A stretch of DNA of 64,000 bases. It comes from Octopus bimaculoides (lineage: Eukaryota). Where the stretch lies: contig NC_068983.1 of assembly GCF_001194135.2 (NCBI RefSeq), positions 146,386,551 to 146,450,550 of the forward strand. Reading direction: 5' to 3'. The position numbers were made by a program, and so were the translations under genes. Every line of letters starts with the position of its first letter. Positions within the stretch are counted from its first letter, which is position 1. Under the pieces are notes generated by a model. The model had not been told where the DNA came from. It was given only the letters and a program-made list of their open reading frames with translations, and did no database searches. Below are positions 38,847 through 52,140 of the stretch, piece after piece.

Positions 38847-39339
38847 ATAAATACATATGTAATTATATGTACATATATACACATAGATGTACATATACAC
38901 ACAGAAATACATACATGCATATATGTATATACACACAGAAACAAACAAACACACACACACACATGTATCTATGTCATAGAACCTCTCAAAGCTAAACACC
39001 AATATCAAAGCATTGTCCAAGCCTAAGTCAGGTTACCTATGAAGAAACCTAAAATATACCCAAGGAAACAATCCCCACAGACTATGAATCCTCAAACATA
39101 TACATACACAAACACTCATATAATATACATATAGATAAGCATGTATATATGCAATGTGCATATGCAAGTTTGTGTGTAAGTGAAAAAAACGTTGGAGGTG
39201 GGAAATGGAATAGCTCCAAGTTGTAAAATCCTGCCTTAAATACAAACTCATCCAAGCCACGCTTTCATGGGAAAACATTAAATGAATGAATGTATGTACA
39301 CATAAATAGTATGTGAAATTTGAGGATCCTGAAAAATTT

Positions 39340-39539
39340 GCTGCCTTAGGAGCTGGCCTCTGGCAAGAAACTATAAGAGTAACTTCATTTCGTTATCTTC
39401 ATTTCAAAGATGTTTGCAAGTGAGACATGAAGAAAGATAGGGGGATATTGCTGGTGTTTGCTTCCGCTGGAGACTGGCTTTAGGCAGGGATTTAAAAAGA
39501 AGAGAGGAGAGGCTGAGACTTGCTGATGAGAAAGAAAAA
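39340..39539 (+). mobile_element. RTE (BovB/RTE-X-like) C-terminal relic
   Basis: LHFKDVCK*DMK and DIAGVCFRWRLALGRDLKRREERLRLADEKE resemble the RFKDVCKRDMK...W..LA.DR..WR C-terminus. Confidence 0.5.
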
Positions 39540-41688
39540 NNNNNNNNNNNNNNNNNNNNNNNNNNNNNNNNNNNNNNNNNNNNNNNNNNNNNNNNNNNNN
39601 NNNNNNNNNNNNNNNNNNNNNNNNNNNNNNNNNNNNNNNNNNNNNNNNNNNNNNNNNNNNNNNNNNNNNNNNNNNNNNNNNNNNNNNNNNNNNNNNNNNN
39701 NNNNNNNNNNNNNNNNNNNNNNNNNNNNNNNNNNNNNNNNNNNNNNNNNNNNNNNNNNNNNNNNNNNNNNNNNNNNNNNNNNNNNNNNNNNNNNNNNNNN
39801 NNNNNNNNNNNNNNNNNNNNNNNNNNNNNNNNNNNNNNNNNNNNNNNNNNNNNNNNNNNNNGAGAGAGAGAGAGAGAGAGGGAGAGAGGGGGGGGAGAGA
39901 GAGAGCGTGTGTAAGTACATATATGTGTGATCACTTTTCGCTGAAGAGCCCGTAAAGAAACGTACCGATTTCACTAAAGATAATTTCCCGAAAACTTTCT
40001 TTGTTTAAAATCACTGTCTCAGATATGTTGAAGTTGTTTACATTTAAACTCATATTTTTATGAATATATACACAGAAAAATCCAGTGTTCTTTTCTAAGT
40101 TCCCAACGTTAGTTAGTGCAAGGAGAGGGCTATTTGCGATTGAATTCACCGGAAAACTTCACTGGCACTTATTTTGTTGACTGCGAGAAGGTTGAAAGGT
40201 AAAGTCAACCCCAACATGATTTGGTCTAAAGAGATTCAGTAAATAAATAATTTCTTACATAAGCGCAATTTTTTTTTACTGAGGTGAAATGAGATTGTGA
40301 CGTCCACGCTTTATTCAAGGACATTTGTGAAGTTAGTCAATCCCAATGTCTACAGCGAGCAAATATATATTGAGTCAGAAGTATGTCGCCTTAGGATACG
40401 ATTATCATAAAACGAGATCAACCGTACAGAATCCGGATAATAATTAATACAAACCCAACTATCTATCAGCTGTCACAAAATTATTTTTAATCAGCAAGAC
40501 TACTCTATTTCACTCACTCTCACAGATTGAGACAGATTTTACCTTGAATACATTCCTTTATATTATTATAAACCAGTATTAAACAGTCATAAAATAATCT
40601 CAGCGTGTATAGGATTGGTTAAATCTAACAAGAGATCAGAAAGTTTAAGCCGAAATCTGCAGGGCTAAAAATATTTTATGTACATTTTAATAGTATATAT
40701 GTATTCTGAGTCAATGTTTTATGGACAGAAATTGTCCGCGAATTCCGAGAGATTAAATCACACCATGACAAATATATTTTCTGATTTAATAATAGACATT
40801 TAGAATAGTGTTTTCTTCCAGAGAAAACACTGACAAAGCTTACGAACTCAGTTATTTAATATTCATATTATAGTTATGTAAATTATAACTAGTAAATGTT
40901 TCGACAAAAAATGCTTTAAGAGATATATTCAAGATCGTCGGCGATAAGCTGCGGTGATTGAGATAATTTGGAGACCGTCAACTCTCAAGGTATTCACACT
41001 TCAAACAGCACGATTGTAAGGAAAGAAGTCTAAAAGGTACACTTTCCAGAATATGAAAAAGGGTGTGGCTGGCAGTGGAGTAAGACATAAATCTTAAGCG
41101 GGGTTGTTATTTAGTCCCCCCACCTCGCCCCAACTGGCTCTAACTGAGCAGACTTATAATCAGAAACATTACATATACGAATACTGTTGTTCTTCGATAA
41201 TATTATCCAAGTCTTCTTCTTTTTTTTTTTTTTGAAACTATAAGTTAGGGATATTTAGCTCCTATCAAGCTGAGTGATCACGTAAGACACTTATTTATTA
41301 GTTTGCTAATTGTGTAAGAGAGTTTATATATATATANNNNNNNNNNNNNNNNNNNNNNNNNNNNNNNNNNNNNNNNNNNNNNNNNNNNNNNNNNNNNNNN
41401 NNNNNNNNNNNNNNNNNNNNNNNNNNNNNNNNNNNNNNNNNNNNNNNNNNNNNNNNNNNNNNNNNNNNNNNNNNNNNNNNNNNNNNNNNNNNNNNNNNNN
41501 NNNNNNNNNNNNNNNNNNNNNNNNNNNNNNNNNNNNNNNNNNNNNNNNNNNNNNNNNNNNNNNNNNNNNNNNNNNNNNNNNNNNNNNNNNNNNNNNNNNN
41601 NNNNNNNNNNNNNNNNNNNNNNNNNNNNNNNNNNNNNNNNNNNNNNNNNNNNNNNNNNNNNNNNNNNNNNNNNNNNNNNNNNNNNNNN

Positions 41689-41720
<32 letters not shown>

Positions 41721-41795
41721 CAAATAATAAATGAGTATATGCATATATACGTACATGTATATACATACCTACATCTACCTGTATATATAGATGCG

Positions 41796-41834
<39 letters not shown>

Positions 41835-44179
41835 GCATCTATATATATGTATTGCAGTGTCATATGACACTGCAAGTTTATATACTTCTATTTATATGAC
41901 AAATTGAACAAGACAAAAAAAAAAGCTACAGATCAAAACGTTTGGCAAAATATTACATTAAATAATAATCTATTAGTTGACAGATATATAGCCGACTTAA
42001 TAATCCTTTCTACTATAGGCACAAGACTTAAAATTTTGTAAAAAAAATACTTTTTAATTCAAGGTGACGAAATGTGCCAAAGGTATGTTAAAATCGTCCA
42101 GTTATACCGATGTATTTATATTACTATGCACTGCATTTACAGAATACTTTTCCAAAAAATTATTAAGAAAATAAAGCATTACTTAGTAAAGCAATGTAGA
42201 ATTTTGAGCTTGTTTAAACGAACTATATCTGAAGCAAAATTTCCTCAAATAGTTGTAGAGACGATATAAACAGTTACTGAGGAATTACTAGGATATGCCT
42301 CAGCAGTCTAAATGTCAAGTAACGAGTTTTACTAGACACAGGTGTATATAGTGAAAGAGGAAGGGAGAGCCGAAGACCCTAACAGGATGGCCATAAGCAG
42401 ATGTACAATTAGAGCAAATACACACACGGTGTACTATTACAATATTCTTAGATACGAATTAGTGACAAGAAGGTATACAATTTATGAATATTATAACTTT
42501 TAAGTCGCGAAATATGCTAATTTTCGTTTATCACCTCAAGAATCCATGATCATAGAAAGCTTCTCAAACAAGTATAGTATTACCTATGACATAACTTAGA
42601 TGGAATATATATATATATAAAAAGCGCTATTTGATATTTTTTAACTATTGTCTGGGTTTTGAAAACATTTATATTGCAACGATATTTTATAAAATTCAAA
42701 GTGAGATTTATTCAGAAGAAAAGTGTTGTTTTAGTCAGATTTAATATTTGTAAAACTACAGGTTGTAGGCATAGAGAGAAACAGAAATACGTAGAATTAT
42801 TTGTGGGCGAAAGAAGAAATGTAAGGTAGGAGGTTAAAATTAGGGCAAAACGAGAAAATAAACAGTACGTTTTTCAGAAGAAAAAATTGAAACCCAAACT
42901 TTTAACTGTAAATAAAGATGAAATGTAATAAAGTTATAAATGTACTTACTTAGTGATCAGCTTATATAATATTTATATCTATCTGTATCTAGAGATAGAT
43001 AAATATTTGTAGAAGTTGGTTTGTAAATATATCAAAATTAATCTCAGCCAGAAAACACAGTCATTTCCATCCTCAATAACTGAAGAGTTCGTTATTTGTT
43101 TTCTTAACGGGGATCGCTTGTTAATTGTAATTCTTAAATCTCAATAAAAGCAGTAAAAAACACACATTTAAGTCATTCTTAAAAGGTAAAAATCAAATTA
43201 CTTAAAAGCAAAAATAATAAATAATTAAACAGGAATATCTTGTTTGGTAAAAGAAGTACTAACACCTAATACACTGTTAATTGTTACACTATTGTTTATA
43301 TGCAATGATCGCTCCTAAATCAAGTGGTCGGAGCTGTCGAAGAAATGTCTAAAAATATTTTTATTTGCTAAAATAGATATAAATTATCCAATATTATTAT
43401 TCGTGTATTTTTTGTGCTATTTTATCTCTGTGTATTTTATACTTGTCTGAAACAATTTTATGTAAAAAGAAAAAAAAAACTACATTATTTTTACCTGCAA
43501 ATCAAAAGAAAAAATAGAATAACCTCATATATTCGTATAAAGATCAAAGGTAAATCTAGAATCTGAGAAATGGTGTCAAGGCCATTAGAAAAAAAATTAT
43601 AATTCGTTAGTTTCTTCAAAATGTTCCTGTCCGAAACATCAGCACTCACATCTCTTCACAGCAAACCAACTTGGGTTAACTAAATAAGTGTTTTCTCAGT
43701 TATTTTCATGTTGAATTTAACAGACAATCCCATTTTAAAGAGCAATAGCTATTAAGGTGTGGTGAAAAAGCTCTTTGCTAGCTTTCAATATTTGTTTCAG
43801 CGTGAAATACTCTGCCTAAAGTTATTTTTAGTGTAGAGAATCATTGTTGAAGTTTCTTTTCTCTCCTAAAAAGCTTAGCTTCAAAAGCCATATCGAAATC
43901 AGGTACATACAAACATAAATATATTTGGTAACAGTAGTTGAAGAAGTTGCGGTTATATTTCATATTTATTATGGGACGGGATACTTTGGGCATTCATATC
44001 TTTTTTTAACGATAGTTATACGAAATGACAATCAGTGGAAATGTAGCTAATTCGCTTATGCTGTTTACTTTGTGAAATGTTATGGCGCCTGTCCAATTGA
44101 TTGCAACTCTTAAGGAGGTACGACAAAGTCGCGATTTTCAGCGGGGAGAAAAAAAGGAATAAATTTTATAACTTCTGTG

Positions 44180-44533
44180 GGCGATCTTTCGATACCAGTC
44201 CGAAATATCGGCCTTTTCCGTAAAAAGTGTCTTCGGCGATCTTTACCAAAGATTGGACTTTTCCGTAACACCAGCACGATCTTCACTAGGGTGTTAGGGT
44301 TAGGGACGGAATTCTCTAAAGCAAATCCTAAAACCCAAACCCTAAACCCTTCAAACCCTAACCCTAAACTCTTCAAAAGAAATCGCGCTCTCTGTATCTC
44401 TTTCGCTTTTACGACGTCGTTTCCCTCTTTCCCTCCAACACTTTTTACGGAAAAGGCCGAGCTTTGGTAAAGATCGCCGAAGACACTTTTTACGGAAAAG
44501 GTCGATATTTCGGACTGGTATCGAAAGATTGCC
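44180..44533. mobile_element. Fold-back element with telomere-like core (second family)
   Basis: ~72-bp inverted arms starting GGCGATCTTTCGATACC (44180-44251 / 44462-44533); core contains GTTAGGGTTAGGG and CCCTAAACCC/CCCTAACCCTAA; no TSD seen. Confidence 0.7.
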
Positions 44534-45002
44534 AGGTACATACACACTCTAAAANNNNNNNNNNNNNNNNNNNNNNNNNNNNNNNNNNNNNNNNNNNNNN
44601 NNNNNNNNNNNNNNNNNNNNNNNNNNNNNNNNNNNNNNNNNNNNNNNNNNNNNNNNNNNNNNNNNNNNNNNNNNNNNNNNNNNNNNNNNNNNNNNNNNNN
44701 NNNNNNNNNNNNNNNNNNNNNNNNNNNNNNNNNNNNNNNNNNNNNNNNNNNNNNNNNNNNNNNNNNNNNNNNNNCTAAAATTTCTTTGATTTTTTTATCG
44801 GAATAAATGAATTAAATTGAGGAAAACATGGCAATTAGGTTCTCTTTCGATGTATCTTGAAATCATTAGCCCGTTTGCTATAACGTCATCTCGTAATGGT
44901 GAATGTTACATCCTGAAACAAGATTGTAAAATTGTACTAATGCAAGAATATAATGATTAAAACACGAAATTTAGAAAACAAAAAAATATATTTCAGAGGT
45001 TT

Positions 45003-45904
45003 GGCGCTTCTTTAGAAGCGCACCTCTCCAAGAAAATGGCGCCTAATTTCTAAAAAAGATATGTAAATGGGAAAGATATCCAAAATAAATGAAGTATGCA
45101 AAAAAATAGGAAGATTCATCAAATTTTAAATATTTTATACTAAAAAATAAAACACGGAAAACGGGCACTCGCAAATATAAAACAAACATGTCGGACGATA
45201 CATGGGGCGGTAACTTGTATCAAATATTATTAATGATACGAGGGGCCCGACAATAACGTTTGCAAATTCTTGGTTGGTTTTAATCAGATTTTTTACTGCG
45301 CACACTGGTGAGGGTTAGGTGGTGTGCACTCGCTTTACTTTCGCCCATTTTATGATGTGATATACAACAGAAATAATTATAAAACAATAAAGTAAATACG
45401 TTTAAGACGTATGCAAGTTAAGGAACTCCACAACAAATTTCTTGTCTTGATAGTAATCTATATTTTCTACACCAGTCAGTGGCCTTTTCCGTTGTTCCCA
45501 AATCTCTTCTGAGACGAAATAAGGTCATAGCATTAAAAATTTCCCGTTCAGGCACAAAATTTGACATAATAGTATATATATTTGCAATAAACTGACTTTT
45601 AAGAAAAAGATTGTGAAACGGTCTTCTTACAATTCGCAGACGATATTTTCGGGGCCCCTTGTATCAATAATATCTGACTGGTAAAAGTAAGTTACCGCCC
45701 TTCGTATCGTCCGACATGTTTGTTTATATTCGCGAGTGCCCGTCTTTCATTTGTTTTAATTTTTAGCATAAAATATTTAAAAATAGATGAATCTTTCTAA
45801 CTTTTTGCATACTTCATTTATTTTAGATATATTTCTCATTTTCCTAACTTTGTTTTACAAGTAAGCGTCATTTTCTTGGAGAGGTGCGCTTCTAAAGAAG
45901 CGCC
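45003..45904. mobile_element. Merlin-like MITE with ~250-bp imperfect TIRs
   Basis: Termini GGCGCTTCTTTAGAAGCGCACCTCTCCAAGAAAATG and its exact reverse complement; 8-bp TSD AGAGGTTT / AGATGTTT (7/8). Confidence 0.85.
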
Positions 45905-45937
45905 AGATGTTTTGTAGAGCTTTTGAGCACAGAATAG

Positions 45938-46483
45938 GGATCTATTTTAAAACGGGGGCCACATTTTTCATTAATGTTTTACGTAGTGTTTTTGGTACGG
46001 AAAGACTTTCAAACTTCGTATACTTATCTATTTTGTGTTATAGAACAGAAAAATATTTTTGTATTCGAATTTATTTCATGTAAAAAATTGTCTTATTTCG
46101 ATAATTTCAACCAATCACTGACAAGTATTCAGTTGTTTATATTTACTCCTTTGGCTGATTAAGCAGTGTAAAGCGNNNNNNNNNNTTTTTCATTTTAAAT
46201 TGGCTTTAACCCTAACCCTAACCCTAGGGTTAGGGTTAGGATTAATTGTTTCAGAATCGTTTGTTTATGTAGTCGGCACTTAATGTATATCGGCTGAATG
46301 GACGTCAGTGATTGGTTGAAATTACAGAAATACGACAACTTTAACATGGAATAACTTATCGATTTCTTTTTTTTTAAAGAAGACTAAGAGAAAAAGATGT
46401 TTTATATGACACATTCTACCAGTGTTCCAAGTTTCAAAGTGTTTCGTTAATGAAAAATGTGGCCCCCTTTTTAAAAAAGATCC
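45938..46483 (+). mobile_element. Telomere-repeat MITE, copy 2
   Basis: Same TIRs; perfect 8-bp TSD CAGAATAG; core (TAACCC)3-TAGGGTTAGGGTTAGGA at 46207-46243; left internal arm interrupted next to a 10-N gap. Confidence 0.9.
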
Positions 46484-46869
46484 CAGAATAGTTGCAGCTA
46501 GTTAATTCAAGGGGTTAAAAGTTCAAATATGTTGTCCGTGATGAAGATGTTTATCTCTCGTTAACTTGGTCTATCTTGCAGCAATTAACCACAAAACAAT
46601 GTACAGTTTAATGTTTGATTTCTTTTCGATTAACAAAATATAATTACAGAGTTGTGCGATCTAACCCATATTTAAGTGGAGTACAGACTTCCACCACTTT
46701 GTGGATATACAAGGATCTTTGTGTGCCTGTGAAGGAGCCACTATATGTCTGCTCGACCGACTAGAAAAAGCATCTGAATCTCACTCAAATTACACCCTAT
46801 TATCCTAAAAAGAGAAAGAAAGGATGGTCACTGCTGAAAATAATTTGACCATAGGTTAAGTATTATTAT

Positions 46870-47235
46870 TATTACGAGGCAGCGGTATTTTGTCAGGCGC
46901 TACGTTCAAATTCCGCCGAGGTCGACTTTGACTGTCATCCTTTCGGGGTCGATAAATTAAGTACCACTGGAGTACTGGGTCGATGTAATCAACTTAACCC
47001 CTCCCCCCAAATTTCAGGCCCTGTGCCTATAGTAGAAATGGTTATTATGAAGCAATCGAGAGTGGCAAGTTGACAGACTCGTACTGTATCGGACAAAATG
47101 CTTAGCGGCATTTCGTCCGTCTTTACGTTCTGAGTTCAAATTCTGCTGAGGTGGACTTTGCTTTTCATCTTTTTGGGTGGATGAAATAAGTAATCTGCTT
47201 AGCTTCATCTCACAAAATTGCTGGCCTTGTACCAA
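46870..47235 (+). mobile_element. Two tandem SINE copies
   Basis: GTTCAAATTCCGCCGAGGTCGACTTTG...GGGGTCGATAAA...GTGCCTATAGTAGAAA, twice; CpGs largely retained. Confidence 0.75.
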
Positions 47236-50200
47236 AATTTAAAACCATTATTATGAGTCAACCTGTAGATAAACAATAGGGAACTTTGCAACCAAAGTAT
47301 CTTCCATATCTCGTCAACTTACAGTTATCTTTTCTACAAGCTAATTCTTAAAAATTGTTTTTTTTTATATTTAGTTTTCATTAAGGTCACTGACCTTGGA
47401 ATGGTATGAACGTCACATAATCAAAATACCCCTTACCCCAAAATTAATACTTTTGTTCCTTATAAATAAATAAATAAATTTTTATGATAAAAGGACAATA
47501 TTTCTTCGTTATTTGTAACTGTTGGGTTAAGCACACCAATTATACATAATAGTTAACATTTAGTTTGCTTATAAATAGTTATTTCCAGAATTATCACTGT
47601 CTGTATGAGTATCCCTCAAATGCTTGAATGGAATATTGTTTCTCAATTCTGTATTAAACTTTTCTTAACCATTAGAGAGTTTATAGTAGAGTTTGATAGC
47701 AATTTTCCTTGCTGCAGATCAGATAAGAACAGAGATAAAACTAATGATACATTTAATAATATCAGCTTCAAAACCTGGCTTGTACTTTATTCTGCTGATC
47801 CCAGAAAGATGAAAGGCAAGGTTGACAGCAAGATTTGAACTCAGAATGTAAATACAAAGCTAGTATAATCGTAAGCTTCACAGCGGAATCAAATTTCCAC
47901 TTAAAGCATGAAACATTTGCATGAAGTACCACTACACCACTTACATTATGTTTCCATGTTATTAAAATACAATACATTAATGATGACAAAAGATTGAGAC
48001 ATCTGGCGCCTTGCTGTGCTTGAGAAGACCAGTCCACTACAACTTAATTGTTATCCTAAAACTGCCTTGGTACATAGTTGAACCTGCAGAGCTCTTCCCA
48101 CCTCCATTCTCACTGCCCTGTCAAGCCTCCCCTATGGCTCATTCTCTGATACTCATCACTTCTTTATCTCTGATATTATTCTGTTACCATAATCTCCTGT
48201 CAGCAGAATAGGTACATACATCCCCTCCATTTTGTTGCCTTCCTCTACTCTCCTCTACCACAGAACCACTTCCATTCTTCATTATCCTCCTCCAGCCATG
48301 CTCTCTCTCTCTCTTTGCTATACTTCATCCATAACACTTACCTCTTTTATTCCAATGCTGGCACATATCTAACATAACCTCTCCCACTAAGCTACTCTTA
48401 TATTTCTCACCATTAATCATACAGTCACCTCTATCTCATCTAACCATCTTTCCTCGTGTTCTTATGAAATTTTCTCCTCTCTCCCCTGCCCTGCCCATTC
48501 ATCCAGTCTGATCCTCTGTACTGCTTCACCTATATTTGTCCCCGCACCCGTTCCTTGAGGGTATGTCCTGACACCCACCCACCACCACCATCTCTCTCAC
48601 TCTCTCCATCTCTGTTTTTCTCTCCTTTCTCCAACTGGGTTATCCTTTGTATTTCTTCTCCAAGACACCTATCGCTATCCCTCTCCATATTTTGTTCACT
48701 CATCAACTGGTGCAAAGCCACTTTACTCAATACTGTTCCCCCTCCCAGTTGAGGGAGCTTTGTCTTTTCTTCCAGGTTACTTGGTGATCCCATTGGTGCT
48801 GGCACCTTGAAAAAAGCACCAAATACACTCTGTAAAGTGGTTGGTGTTAGAAAGGGCATCCAGCTGTAGAAACATGTCAAAACAGACAATAGAACTTGGC
48901 ATAACCCTCTAGCTTGCTAGCTCTTGTCCAACTGTCCAACCCATGCCAGCATGGAAAAGGAAAGTTAAATGATGATGATAACACTGAAGGAAAAATAGAA
49001 TCAACCATATCTCAAAGCTATCTTACTTCAGTATTTTAGTTACTATTTCTTAAAGCTGTTGATAGCACCTACAACATTTAATTCCTTTTTATGCATGTTA
49101 TTATTTAATATATTTAAATTTTTTCAAACCAAGACACCTGTTTCTTTGTCTTGCAAATTACTTGGTGCATCTGCTGGTGCTGGTGCCACATAAAAGGCAT
49201 CCAGTCCACACAGTAAAGTGGTTGGTATTTGGAAAGGCATCTAGCTGAAAAAAAACATGCCAAAGCAGATCTCACTGATGCTGGTGCCATGTAAAAAGCA
49301 CTCAGGCCCTTATAAAAGGAAGGGCATCCAGCTGCATAATCCATGCCAAAACAGACAGTAAAGCCTGGTGCAGTCTCCTGGGTTGCCAACTCCGGTCAAA
49401 CTGTTGAACCCATGCCAGCATAGGAAACGGATGTTGAATGCTGATGATGATTCTTTTGACTTTTAGACTCCTTTCACAATTTATGTCTGATTTGTAGACT
49501 TAAATAAATATTCTTTTGATTATATGTAAAACATTTACTTTATAAAACAATGTTCAAGTTTACATCATGCTGATGGTATCCAGTCCAACCTGTTTCAAAA
49601 GCCATGATGTGTCAATATTCATCAATTCTGAATAATTTTATGTTTTTTACATAAAACCAGAGCCTAACTGTGTTTTTCTGCCTTTCTGGACTGTTATCTC
49701 TTATCTATGTGCATATTCTTTTTTGGTTTGATGCAGCTCTCAGTCTTGATTTGAACTACTGCATTTAGATTTCCTATTTAGAACCACAGCTTGATTATAT
49801 CACCATAAAAGGTATGACAGGTTCTTTGAGAGAGCAGAACATCCACATAAGTGTTTTCCAGCCAATCAGCACTGGCTGGTCAGTCAACAGCAGCAAACCA
49901 TAAAGAAACATTGTGTATACTTCCTGCTAAATTATATTTCAAAGGTTCTTGCTCAGGGTTATAAAAGTTGGTGATTTGAACTCCTGAGCAGAGCCAACTC
50001 AAATTCCTCACAGAACCTTGTCACTTTGTTCTGCAAGATGTTCTTTCATCACCTTTAACTTATCATATAATATATGCTGAAAATACATGTTTGATGAGGT
50101 AAAATTAAACTTGTGTTTAATGTCGACATACATTCATCTAGCTTTATTTTCTGTTATTCCTATAGTAATAATGGATACATGTCCCATAACAGGTTTAACT

Positions 50201-51030
50201 GGAACATTCTCTTTATCTTACATATTGTAAAGTTTTAAGTATTACATCCTTACAGAAATATTTTTCAATTTTATATATTTTGTACATAGGTGCATGGTGC
50301 AGGTATGACTGTGTGGTAAGAAGTTTGCTTCCCAACATACTTTCATGCTCAGTCCTACTGCATGGTACCCTGGACCAGTGTCTTCTGCTATAGTCATAAA
50401 CTAACTAGAGCTTTGGGAGTGGATTTAGTTGGTGGAAACTGAAAGAAGTCTGTTATATATCTATCTGTATGTGTGTGAGTGCATGTTTGTGTATGCATGT
50501 GTGTGTTACTATCTCCTACCATGACATCATGTGACAGTTATAAGCTAGTATCACTGCCGTTCAAGTGGTGTCTTTCATTTCCAGTCTTCTGTGGAAACAT
50601 GGTTGTCATGGGTAAATATTACCTTGCTTGGAAACAAGTAAGGGCTGAAGACAGGAAGGGTATCTGCCTGTGAAAACCTGCCCCAACAAATTCTGTCCAA
50701 CTCATGCAGGCATGGAAAAGTGGATGCTAAAACCATGATGTTGATAATATGTAAAATGCGACTCAAGTAAATAATATCTTTCAGAAGTTGATATATATCA
50801 CCATATATCATTTTATTTACACAATGGATGTTGTGTGCTTGAACAGTTGAATGAAATATTTTAAGTAGAACAGCTGTCATTCTTGGACAATAGAAGAATG
50901 TCAATAACTGCTTGCTTTAGTTGCTATTGTCATTGTTTATCAGCCTGACCATCCCATCTTTTGGAAACAGAGTTTCTACAACTAGTTTGTCCCATCTATT
51001 CTTCCTTTTAAAAGTCAATAGAATATGTTT

Positions 51031-52140
51031 AGCGAGATCGTTGCCGGTGCCCCTGGACTGGCTCATGTGCGGGCGACACATGAAATCTTTCGAGCGAGAT
51101 CGTTGCCAGTGACCCTGGACTGGCTCTTGTGCGGGTGACACATGAAATGTTTTGAGCAGGATCGTTGCCAGTGCCCCTGGACTGGCTCATGTGCGGGCGA
51201 CACATGAAATCTTTCGAGCGAGATCGTNNNNNNNNNNNNNNNNNNNNNNNNNNNNNNNNNNNNNNNNNNNNNNNNNNNNNNNNNNNNNNNNNNNNNNNNN
51301 NNNNNNNNNNNNNNNNNNNNNNNNNNNNNNNNNNNNNNNNNNNNNNNNNNNNNNNNNNNNNNNNNNNNNNNNNNNNNNNNNNNNNNNNNNNNNNNNNNNN
51401 NNNNNNNNNNNNNNNNNNNNNNNNNNNNNNNNNNNNNNNNNNNNNNNNNNNNNNNNNNNNNNNNNNNNNNNNNNNNNNNNNNNNNNNNNNNNNNNNNNNN
51501 NNNNNNNNNNNNNNNNNNNNNNNNNNNNNNNNNNNNNNNNNNNNNNNNNNNNNNNNNNNNNNNNNNNNNNNNNNNNNNNNNNNNNNNNNNNNNNNNNNNN
51601 NNNNNNNNNNNNNNNNNNNNNNNNNNNNNNNNNNNNNNNNNNNNNNNNNNNNNNNNNNNNNNNNNNNNNNNNNNNNNNNNNNNNNNNNNNNNNNNNNNNN
51701 NNNNNNNNNNNNNNNNNNNNNNNNNNNNNNNNNNNNNNNNNNNNNNNNNNNNNNNNNNNNNNNNNNNNNNNNNNNNNNNNNNNNNNNNNNNNNNNNNNNN
51801 NNNNNNNNNNNNNNNNNNNNNNNNNNNNNNNNNNNNNNNNNNNNNNNNNNNNNNNNNNNNNNNNNNNNNNNNNNNNNNNNNNNNNNNNNNNNNNNNNNNN
51901 NNNNNNNNNNNNNNNNNNNNNNNNNNNNNNNNNNNNNNNNNNNNNNNNNNNNNNNNNNNNNNNNNNNNNNNNNNNNNNNNNNNNNNNNGTGCCCCTGGAC
52001 TGGCTCATGTGCGGGCGACACATGAAATCTTTCGAGCGAGATCGTTGCCAGTGACCCTGGACTGGCTCTTGTGCGGGTGACACATGAAATGTTTTGAGCA
52101 GGATCGTTGCCAGTGCCCCTGGACTGGCTCTTGTGCGGGT
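51031..52140 (+). repeat. 62-bp tandem array (124-bp higher-order dimer) spanning an assembly gap
   Basis: Unit GAGATCGTTGCCAGTGCCCCTGGACTGGCTC(A/T)TGTGCGGG(C/T)GACACATGAAAT...GAGC starts at 51034, 51096, 51158 and 51220; variants alternate; merges into an RTE tail at 52140-52378. Confidence 0.9.

Noticed and set aside
50930-51025. BEL/Pao integrase C-terminal-like peptide (NRWDKLVVETLFPKDGMVR)
   Set aside because: Resemblance covers only about 20 aa with no other LTR-element evidence.
51031-52140. CRISPR-like array
   Set aside because: Units are contiguous 62-bp repeats with no unique spacers, there are no cas genes, and the context is eukaryotic and RTE-derived.
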